Below are positions 16,585 through 22,730 of a stretch of 45,655 nucleotides of DNA, piece by piece (position 1 is the stretch's first letter; every line of letters begins with the position of its first letter). The DNA is from a virus: positions 1 through 45,655 of the IMG/VR virus record IMGVR_UViG_3300033179_000004, one strand, 5' to 3'. Position numbers and translations under genes: made by a program. Below the pieces are notes generated by a model. The model saw only the letters and a list, made by a program, of their open reading frames with translations. It did no database searches and was not told the DNA's origin.

Positions 16585-16613
16585 TTCTAGGCCATTAAAG
16601 CCTAGGCGGTCAA
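16585..16613 (-). promoter_or_regulatory. Putative promoter TTGACC-N17-CTAGAA for the recombinase operon
   Basis: Read on the minus strand, directly after the upstream terminator. Confidence 0.4.
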
Positions 16614-16621
16614 GGCGCGAC

Positions 16622-16660
16622 AGAAAAGAAAAACCCCGCACTAGGCGGGGCTTTGATTTT
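16622..16660. terminator. Terminator after the ardA mini-operon
   Basis: The minus strand reads GCCCCGC-CTAGT-GCGGGG followed by TTTTTCTTTT. Confidence 0.7.
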
Positions 16661-16760
16661 AGAGCAAGGCGCGGATGACTGCCCCGCCATATAACACCGT
16701 GGCGCAAAACAGGGTTAGCACCGTGGCGGCTAACCAGTCTGCGGCTTGATCGTCATACAT
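16659..16760 (-). CDS. Mini-ORF, single-TM peptide (33 aa) coupled to ardA
   Basis: ATGTATGA overlap with the ardA stop. MYDDQAADWLAATVLTLFCATVLYGGAVIRALL. Confidence 0.35.
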   Translation of the reverse strand: MYDDQAADWLAATVLTLFCATVLYGGAVIRALL

Positions 16761-17256
16761 TGTGGAACGCCCACACGTCGCCATCGTGACGAACGAAAGA
16801 CATATCGCCGCCGCAGCGCGCATCGCGCGCATAGCTTTCATAGTCGATGTAGTAGCGCAGCGCTTCCGGAATGCTATCGAGCAAGCCGCTATCTTCCCAA
16901 TAGGACGCGGCCCAATCGGCCTCTGTGTCATACTTGCCGTAGAAGGCGTCACGCGCCTGATCAATGGTCGCGTCGTCCGTCACATGATCCCGATATACCG
17001 CCAGTAATTCGCGGTCCTCTTCGTCGAGTTCGAGCCAGTCCCACAATTCGGCGGGAACGTCGCTCTCGTTATAGAAGGCTTTCGGGAAACCCTCATAATC
17101 TTGGAACATCAGTTCCGGGTCAGCCTCATTGGCGTGAAGCTTCGCGCAAGCTTCAAGGAAGCTTTCGCGGTCACCGAAATCCTCAAGATCAAGCCAAGCC
17201 CCGGCAATCGATCCGGAATTATATTTGGCGTAGGTGCCAACATAAACGCGAGCCAT
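16753..17256 (-). CDS. ardA: ArdA-family antirestriction protein
   Basis: RVYVGTYAKYNSGSIAGAWLDL at the N-terminus, an acidic middle region, and YIDYESYARDA...VWAFHN at the C-terminus are typical of ArdA. ATG at 17256 lies after GCAAGGGGAA. Confidence 0.8.
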   Translation of the reverse strand: MARVYVGTYAKYNSGSIAGAWLDLEDFGDRESFLEACAKLHANEADPELMFQDYEGFPKAFYNESDVPAELWDWLELDEEDRELLAVYRDHVTDDATIDQARDAFYGKYDTEADWAASYWEDSGLLDSIPEALRYYIDYESYARDARCGGDMSFVRHDGDVWAFHNV

Positions 17257-17329
17257 TTCAGTTCCCCTTGCAGCGCTTGATTGCGCCAAATCACCATAGG
17301 CGTTTAAGCCCTAAGCCCGCAAGTGAAAT

Positions 17330-17390
17330 CGCAATAAAAACGACAGCCCCCGGTTTATTACGGGGAAAAACCCCGGTCGTAACTATTACG
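17330..17390. promoter_or_regulatory. Divergent control region with operator-like sites O7 (17330-17342), a half-site (17356-17361) and O3 (17378-17390)
   Basis: CGCAATAAAAACG, ATTACG and CGTAACTATTACG. A weak TTGCGG-N17-CTATGG promoter candidate lies on the minus strand at 17294-17322. Confidence 0.4.
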
Positions 17391-17432
17391 CAAGCCTAGG
17401 CAAGCCTACCCCTGGCCCTGGGAGGTAGGCCT

Positions 17433-18062
17433 ATGCGCGTTTTGATAGGCTGCGAGCGCTTTGGCAGGGTTCGGCAGGCATTCCGCGCGTTAGGTCATGA
17501 CGCATGGTCCTGCGACCTCGTTCCGGCGCTCGACGGCAGCCCGCACCATCTGCAATGCGACGTTCTGACGGTGCTAGGGCAGGGTTGGGATTTGGCGATA
17601 TTCCATCCCGATTGCACGTATCTGTGCAACTCAGGCGCAAAGCATCTTTATCGGGGAATGAACAAGGCCAACGGGCCGGACCCCAAGCGCTGGCGCGACA
17701 TGCGCAAGGGCGCGCGGTTTTTTAAAACCTTGTTAGACTGCGATATTCCAAAGGTAGCGGTTGAAAATCCCATCATGTTGGGATGTGCCAAGGCGATTAT
17801 TGGCCGCGAGCAAAGCCAGATCATTCAGCCTTGGATGTTTGGCGACCCCGAAACCAAAGCGACCTGCCTATGGTTGCGCGGCCTGCCGCTGTTGATCCCG
17901 GTCTATCCGCAATGGGATGATTGCAGGCGGGCGCACAATCTGCCGCGCGGTGCCAAGCCCAAGCCGGTGGTTCATTTCGCCTCACCTGGTCCCGACCGGC
18001 GCAACATTCGCAGCAAAACCTATCCGGGGATCGCGCAAGCGTTCACCCAATGGGCCGCATAA
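17433..18062 (+). CDS. Short C5-cytosine-DNA-methyltransferase-like protein (orphan)
   Basis: VLIGCERFGRV (motif I-like), FHPDCTYL (PC-motif variant with a D-C dipeptide) and VAVENP (ENV-like). No cognate nuclease is adjacent. Confidence 0.45.
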   Translation: MRVLIGCERFGRVRQAFRALGHDAWSCDLVPALDGSPHHLQCDVLTVLGQGWDLAIFHPDCTYLCNSGAKHLYRGMNKANGPDPKRWRDMRKGARFFKTLLDCDIPKVAVENPIMLGCAKAIIGREQSQIIQPWMFGDPETKATCLWLRGLPLLIPVYPQWDDCRRAHNLPRGAKPKPVVHFASPGPDRRNIRSKTYPGIAQAFTQWAA

Positions 18063-18065
18063 AAA

Positions 18066-18087
18066 AACCAGCCCGCAGGCTGGTTTT
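18066..18087. terminator. Bidirectional terminator between the MTase-like gene and the early operon
   Basis: AACCAGCC-CGCA-GGCTGGTT, flanked by an A-run and a T-run. Confidence 0.7.
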
Positions 18088-18114
18088 GAAATCTGAATTA
18101 CAGGCCACAGCCTG

Positions 18115-18714
18115 TTAATTGTTCTTTCGGGAAGTGTTAGCCGGGTGGGTTTGGCCTTCAAAGTCGATATGGGCAATGTTGCAATCGTGCCGCCTGCACC
18201 AGATTTGCAGGCCGCGCGGCGTCCATCCGACCTCAAGCGCGGCAAAGTCGCGCGGCGAAATATCGGCGGGCCTTTCGTCTAGGCATAGCGCGCAATGCAG
18301 ATAGGCGGCAATTTCGTTCGCGTTGCCGACATGCGGCGGTTTTGAAGTTGGCTCAAGAAACTTTCCGCAATCGGCACAGACGCCGCGCCCGGTGTCGCGA
18401 TGGTGGCAGGCCTCTTGCCGCTCTTTCACCGTCGCTTCAATGAACGCTAAGACCTCGTTCCAATCGTCCGTAGCGAGCGAGGGGCCGGACGTTTCTACCC
18501 CGTGATCCTGCGAGTTGACGATAAAGCGCGGGTGGGTGTCGCCGTATTCGCGCTTGGTAGGGTCCGCATAATCAACCCAAATGGTTAGGCCGTATTGATC
18601 GGATGTGAAGCTAGGGCAGGCGTCATTGTGCCAAGAGGTATCAACGAAACCCTTCGGAATTGCTGGCATGTCCTGCGGTCGAAAGTCTGGAAATTCGGCG
18701 AGGTATTCGCCCAT
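18115..18714 (-). CDS. Hypothetical Cys-rich protein (199 aa)
   Basis: The C-terminal half has CxxC/CxxC-like spacing (CADCG...CALC...C..HDC). It is the last gene of the early operon. Confidence 0.55.
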   Translation of the reverse strand: MGEYLAEFPDFRPQDMPAIPKGFVDTSWHNDACPSFTSDQYGLTIWVDYADPTKREYGDTHPRFIVNSQDHGVETSGPSLATDDWNEVLAFIEATVKERQEACHHRDTGRGVCADCGKFLEPTSKPPHVGNANEIAAYLHCALCLDERPADISPRDFAALEVGWTPRGLQIWCRRHDCNIAHIDFEGQTHPANTSRKNN

Positions 18715-18799
18715 TAGATTTGCTCCCTTGCTGGCATCTGTAACGGCCTAAGCCGGGTGATGGTTTCCCATGCCCGGCAAGGTCACGATGTCCGAAAGA
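18715..18799 (-). repeat. Intercistronic structured element, copy A
   Basis: Minus strand: GCCGGG-C-ATGG-GAAA-CCAT-CA-CCCGGC, then TTAGGCCGTTA and the SD CAAGGGAG. The outer stem is swapped relative to copies B-D (compensatory change). Confidence 0.7.
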
Positions 18800-19252
18800 T
18801 TACGCCGCAAGCGGCAAAACGTCATCCTCTATCAATTCTTCCACCGGTTCGGCGGGTGTCCAGTCCCAATGCGGAATTGCAATGGTGGCAATAAGCTTGC
18901 CGCGCTGCGAACTCCATCGCGTGCTGGTATTTTCAAAGAAATGCACTTCGCGAGCGCGACGTTCCCGCTTGCCGTTGACGTGCAAGGTATCGAACGCAAC
19001 AGAGGCAATCGCGTCATCGGGCAATGCCACGCCATCGCGCGCGGCCAACCAGCGAGCATAGAGCGCGGCGCGGCGCGTGTTATAGTCCAACGGGCTTTCC
19101 GCAGACTTGAGGCCATTGGTTGGCTTGCGGCTGATGCGCTGGCGCTTGCCATCGGCAATCCAGACCTTGCGCGGCATTGGGCCGTGAACGGGATTGCGCA
19201 CATCACCGCACGCGCGTTCGTTGTTAGAGAGAATGCCAATCACTTTCCACAT
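18800..19252 (-). CDS. Hypothetical protein (150 aa)
   Basis: ATG lies after GCAAGGGGAACAGCAA. Confidence 0.55.
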   Translation of the reverse strand: MWKVIGILSNNERACGDVRNPVHGPMPRKVWIADGKRQRISRKPTNGLKSAESPLDYNTRRAALYARWLAARDGVALPDDAIASVAFDTLHVNGKRERRAREVHFFENTSTRWSSQRGKLIATIAIPHWDWTPAEPVEELIEDDVLPLAA

Positions 19253-19343
19253 TTGCTGTTCCCCTTGCGAAGCGGAATGCCTCTAACGGCCTAAGCCCGG
19301 TAAAGCTTGCGCTTGCCGGGCATAGAACCAATGTCGGGAGGGA
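19253..19343 (-). repeat. Intercistronic structured element, copy B
   Basis: Minus strand: GCCCGG-C-AAGC-GCAA-GCTT-TA-CCGGGC, then TTAGGCCGTTAG and GCAAGGGGAA. Confidence 0.7.
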
Positions 19344-19868
19344 TCAGGCGTTAGCGCGGCGATCTGCGGCCATTCGCTCGTATGATGCATCCTTGGGAAC
19401 GCCAAAACACATCCGCGCGGAATTGTCGGGACCGATGGATGTTTCAAGTTCAAAGGTCAGGTATTTGTTAGCGCGATTGACGCGCAACAAAAGCGCATCA
19501 GCATGCAAGCCCGCATCAGCGACATAACCGTTAGTGAAGTGATCGGGCGCGAAGCAAAACGCGATTTCATCGCCCGCGCGAAGCGACTTGATCACGGTCG
19601 ATGCGTGGGTGTGCTGATTGTGATAGAGGTAAACCAACTCGAAGCACCGCGCCGCACCGCTTGCCAGCGCTTCGCGCCCGCGCGTGGTCTCTAGTCTCAC
19701 TTCGCAATTTTCCAGCTTGTATTCCTGATCTGTCTCAAATGGCGCGGCGTTATATGGCTTGCGCTTGATCAGGACCACGCGCCCGGTGGGGTTGCGCTCG
19801 CCTAGGTGAATGCAGATTTGATCTGCTTTGCGGAATGCTGCGATGTCGGTTTTGGTCAAGATTGCCAT
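19344..19868 (-). CDS. Hypothetical protein (174 aa)
   Basis: ATG at 19868 lies after GCAAGGGGAAACCAA. The 229-aa ORF-track version reads through repeat copy C. Confidence 0.55.
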   Translation of the reverse strand: MAILTKTDIAAFRKADQICIHLGERNPTGRVVLIKRKPYNAAPFETDQEYKLENCEVRLETTRGREALASGAARCFELVYLYHNQHTHASTVIKSLRAGDEIAFCFAPDHFTNGYVADAGLHADALLLRVNRANKYLTFELETSIGPDNSARMCFGVPKDASYERMAADRRANA

Positions 19869-19959
19869 TTGGTTTCCCCTTGCAAGCGCGGGATGCGCTC
19901 CTAACGGCCTAAGCCCGGTAACCTTTCGGTGCCGGGCATTGGTCGCGATGTGGTGAGGG
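19869..19959 (-). repeat. Intercistronic structured element, copy C
   Basis: Minus strand: CCCTCACCACATCG..., then GCCCGG-C-ACC-GAAA-GGT-TA-CCGGGC, then TTAGGCCGTTAG and GCAAGGGGAA. Confidence 0.7.
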
Positions 19960-20037
19960 TTAGAGGCTGAAATAAATGGTTTGGGTGATGGCAACGATTG
20001 CGAGGCCGATTGCCGCGACCATGATGGGATCAAGCAT
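19960..20037 (-). CDS. Mini-ORF, hydrophobic peptide (25 aa) coupled to the upstream gene
   Basis: ATGCTTGA overlap with the stop of the 20030..20347 CDS. MLDPIMVAAIGLAIVAITQTIYFSL. Confidence 0.3.
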   Translation of the reverse strand: MLDPIMVAAIGLAIVAITQTIYFSL

Positions 20038-20347
20038 TGGTTATCGTGATCTTGCCGGGCGAATAGACCGCGACAACGTGCGAGCCTGAAAACGTCGCCG
20101 CGACTTTCGCGCCAGTCACATCAATGATGGGCTTGGTATCCTTGCCCGATACGGTGCCGCGCGCGTCACGCGAAAGCTTGTCGAATTGCGCCGCGCTGAT
20201 CAGCGTCAAAACGAGGCTTTGCTTGTGCCATTCACGGGCAAAGAACTTGCCAACGGTGAAACCGTTATCGGCAAGCCTTGCGCCTTCAATCCAAATGCGG
20301 GTTCGCTCGCCCGCGCGCGTGGTGCCGAGTTTCGTTGTGATCTGCAT
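20030..20347 (-). CDS. Hypothetical protein (105 aa)
   Basis: ATG lies after GGCAAGGGGAACGCA. Confidence 0.55.
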   Translation of the reverse strand: MQITTKLGTTRAGERTRIWIEGARLADNGFTVGKFFAREWHKQSLVLTLISAAQFDKLSRDARGTVSGKDTKPIIDVTGAKVAATFSGSHVVAVYSPGKITITNA

Positions 20348-20437
20348 TGCGTTCCCCTTGCCGAAGCGGTGTTGCTTCTAATGCCTTAAGCCCGGTGATG
20401 CTTTCGCATGCCGGGCATAAGAGCGATGTGGAGAGGG
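20348..20437 (-). repeat. Intercistronic structured element, copy D (with a boxA-like CGCTCTTA)
   Basis: Minus strand: CCCTCTCCACATCGCTCTTAT, then GCCCGG-C-ATGC-GAAA-GCAT-CA-CCGGGC, then TTAAGGCATTAG. CGCTCTTA corresponds to plus-strand 20418-20425. Confidence 0.7.
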
Positions 20438-20680
20438 TTAGCGGCGCGCGAGCCATCGCTGCATTGAGGCCGCGTCATCGGGATGATAGCCGTTCTTGAA
20501 AACGTCCATCGCGGTGTGGCGACCTTCCGTCTCCACCATGCGCTCTGCGTTGCGCACCTGACCGGCGTGATCCTCGGAGAGCATGCACATCACCATCGGG
20601 TGACGGTTGACGTGGGCTACCAGCTTGCGGGCATTGACGAGCGAATTGCAGGCGATAAAGGCCTCTAGAAGTTTGTTCAT
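20438..20680 (-). CDS. Hypothetical protein (80 aa), first gene of the early accessory operon
   Basis: ATG lies after GCAAGGGGAACTACC. Confidence 0.55.
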   Translation of the reverse strand: MNKLLEAFIACNSLVNARKLVAHVNRHPMVMCMLSEDHAGQVRNAERMVETEGRHTAMDVFKNGYHPDDAASMQRWLARR

Positions 20681-20715
20681 GGTAGTTCCCCTTGCTGGCG
20701 TGATCGCCTGTCCGC

Positions 20716-20744
20716 ATCTAGGGCCTTATCACCTACCCTGTCAA
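20716..20744 (-). promoter_or_regulatory. Putative early leftward promoter TTGACA-N17-CTAGAT
   Basis: Perfect -35 hexamer on the minus strand. Operator-like O4, CGCAATAAATACG, lies at 20752-20764 just upstream of it. Confidence 0.45.
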
Positions 20745-20784
20745 TGGGGTTCGCAATAAATACGCAAAGAAAATTGGAGAGCAA

Positions 20785-20955
20785 ATGAAACGAGTATTTA
20801 AGTCACCGGGCAAGCGGACCGCTTTCTTCCGCGCGCTGATGCGCAGGACAGACAAGCGGGTCAGGGCAACGCGAATGTTGCGGGCATTGGACTATCAGCG
20901 GATAGCGGCTGGCCCATTGGCAAGCCAACCTAACGAGCGGCAGGGGCAGGGCTAG
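20785..20955 (+). CDS. Small Arg-rich protein (56 aa)
   Basis: GGAGA Shine-Dalgarno. MKRVFKSPGKRTAFFRALMRRTDKRVRATRMLRAL... The ORF is below the ORF-track cutoff. Confidence 0.4.
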   Translation: MKRVFKSPGKRTAFFRALMRRTDKRVRATRMLRALDYQRIAAGPLASQPNERQGQG

Positions 20956-20958
20956 GCT

Positions 20959-21432
20959 GTGGCACCGTTCCCGCTAACCACACTGCAAGCGCATGAGAAG
21001 CACGCAGGCGGCAGGCCTAGCGAGTACAGGCCGGAATACTGCGCGCTGCTACTGGAAAGCACCAAAGCGGAAGGCATCAGCCTTGCGGCGTTTGCCGGGG
21101 TTATCGGGGTGGCGAGGGATACGATTTATGAATGGCGGAAGCAGCACCGCGAGTTTTCCGACGCTTGCTCCCGCGCCAAGCCAATGCGGCAGCTATGGTG
21201 GGAGCGGAAGCTAGGTCGATCCCGCAAAGGCGCGGAGACTGCGGCCAGCATGTTCGCACTGCGCAACATCGATCCAACCGAGTGGCGTGACGTTCGGCAA
21301 GTGCAGCATCAGCATGCGCATGCGGTGCAGACCCTTACAGATACGCAGCTATTCGCCATTGCGGCAGGCAGCACAGCGGGTGATGCGGGTGTGATAGATG
21401 CAGACTATGAGGACATCAGCGCCACAAGCTAA
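20959..21432 (+). CDS. terS: Terminase small subunit-like protein
   Basis: GGRPSEYRPEYCALLLE...SLAAFAGVIGVARDTIYEWRKQHREFSDA is the N-terminal HTH pattern seen in many phage small terminases. Confidence 0.55.
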   Translation: MAPFPLTTLQAHEKHAGGRPSEYRPEYCALLLESTKAEGISLAAFAGVIGVARDTIYEWRKQHREFSDACSRAKPMRQLWWERKLGRSRKGAETAASMFALRNIDPTEWRDVRQVQHQHAHAVQTLTDTQLFAIAAGSTAGDAGVIDADYEDISATS

Positions 21433-21787
21433 CGCTCGTTAGGTTGTCGCAACCTGGTTTGGGTGAGCGACAATAGATCAACGATATCAATAGGATAGGG
21501 GCTGGGGTACGATCTCAGAGCGAGGCCGGGGGAGGGAAAATCTTTTGGGGTAAGCATGCTTTCTCTGACACCCCACCCCACATTCTCGTCACCCCCAAAA
21601 ACTTCGCCGTCGTCGCCAAGAAAAATCGCGGCAAGTTCTGAGAACTTCCGCGAGACTGTTTCTTTGCTCGGCTGCCCCCCTGCCCCCCAATGCCCACACC
21701 TGAGAAATCGTGTCTACGATCCACAGGTTGATGCGCACAGGATACGAACAGATCAATTGAGGCGTAATAGGTACGAAGGGCTGTCCA
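21433..21787. other. 355-bp non-coding region with a G-run cluster followed by a C-run cluster and short perfect palindromes
   Basis: GGGGCTGGGG...CCGGGGGAGGG...TTTTGGGG, then CACCCCACCCCAC...CACCCCCAAAAAC...CTGCCCCCCTGCCCCCC. AAGCATGCTT and AAGTTC-TGA-GAACTT are also present. Confidence 0.5.
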
Positions 21788-22060
21788 ATGAGCGAGGCTG
21801 ATCGGCTGCGTTCCATGCAGCATTTCTTCCCCGGTGCAACGCTCGCTGATCTGCAAGCGATGCGACAGCAACAAGCGCCGCTTGCGGCACCGATGCCTCA
21901 GGTCGATCCAGCGGAAGCGCTGCGGGCCAAGGCCAAGCTGATGCTGATGAACGGGATGTACGGTGCTATCGACCCGGCAGAGGGGGACTTCTACCGGGCC
22001 GATATGTACAACACGCAGCGCGCTGCGGAGGGAATACGAAAATACGAGCGGGACCGGTAA
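21788..22060 (+). CDS. Hypothetical protein (90 aa)
   Basis: GAAGGG Shine-Dalgarno upstream of the ATG. Confidence 0.5.
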   Translation: MSEADRLRSMQHFFPGATLADLQAMRQQQAPLAAPMPQVDPAEALRAKAKLMLMNGMYGAIDPAEGDFYRADMYNTQRAAEGIRKYERDR

Positions 22061-22223
22061 GTCACCAAACCAAGATCAGAATGATCATGGCGATGCCGAG
22101 TGCGATGCCTAGTTCGATGAGTATCAGTTCGGTTCTGTCTGACATGGTCGCAGAATATCATGCCGCCTTGCGGGGGCCAGTTTGCCGACATCGTTTGGAC
22201 AAGTTTGCGGGCGGCTGTGGTGG

Positions 22224-22313
22224 ATGGGCAACGCGACGGACATCTTCTTTGCGGTGGCGCTGATGCTGATGATCGGCATGGTGGCGCTGTTGTATTGGTG
22301 GGCCTCTGAATGA
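22224..22313 (+). CDS. Mini-ORF, single-TM peptide (29 aa)
   Basis: MGNATDIFFAVALMLMIGMVALLYWWASE. Its stop overlaps the next mini-ORF start as ATGA. Confidence 0.3.
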   Translation: MGNATDIFFAVALMLMIGMVALLYWWASE

Positions 22314-22393
22314 TCGATTTGCCGTTTAGTGCGGTCCTTTTGATCCTCGCCCTTTGGATCGCGATAGCCGCTTCGATGTGGACGTTTCGGTGA
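22310..22393 (+). CDS. Mini-ORF, single-TM peptide (27 aa)
   Basis: MIDLPFSAVLLILALWIAIAASMWTFR. Its stop overlaps the GTG start of the SLOG gene as GTGA. Confidence 0.3.
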   Translation: MIDLPFSAVLLILALWIAIAASMWTFR

Positions 22394-22728
22394 GGGTCAT
22401 CGTCTGCGGTGGCCGCGCCTTTGACGATTACGAGCGCCTTGAACGCGAACTGGATCAGCTTCATGAGCGCTACCGTTTCAGCGTCGTGATCCACGGTGCC
22501 GCCTACGGTGCGGATCGCTTCGCGGAGAAGTGGGCCAAGTCGCGCCAGATCGAAATCGAAAGCGTCCCTGCAAACTGGAAGCGGTTCGGCAAGCAGGCCG
22601 GGCCGTTCCGCAACGCGGAAATGCTCCGACGCAAGCCCGAACTGGTGATTGCGTTCCCCGGTGGCAGGGGCACCGCCGACATGGTCGAGAAAGCACTCGC
22701 CGCCCACATCAAAGTGATCAGGTTTTAA
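22390..22728 (+). CDS. SLOG-superfamily DUF2493 protein
   Basis: (M)RVIVCGGRAFDDYE...VVIHGAAYGADRFAEKWA...AGPFRNAEML...ELVIAFPGGRGTADMV matches the DUF2493 pattern end to end. Confidence 0.7.
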   Translation: MRVIVCGGRAFDDYERLERELDQLHERYRFSVVIHGAAYGADRFAEKWAKSRQIEIESVPANWKRFGKQAGPFRNAEMLRRKPELVIAFPGGRGTADMVEKALAAHIKVIRF

Positions 22729-22730
22729 AC

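Noticed and set aside
16746-17399. 217-aa plus-strand Arg-rich ORF
   Set aside because: It is antisense to the clear ardA gene and reads through its promoter region. Extreme Arg/Pro/Ser content is typical of an out-of-frame GC-rich translation.
19869-20033. N-terminal extension of ORF 19344..20033 (229 aa)
   Set aside because: The extension translates intercistronic repeat copy C. The internal ATG at 19868 has the same GCAAGGGGAA Shine-Dalgarno as its neighbours.
21991-22707. 238-aa minus-strand ORF overlapping the SLOG/DUF2493 gene
   Set aside because: The plus-strand DUF2493 match runs end to end. The minus-strand product is Arg/Ala-rich with no motifs.
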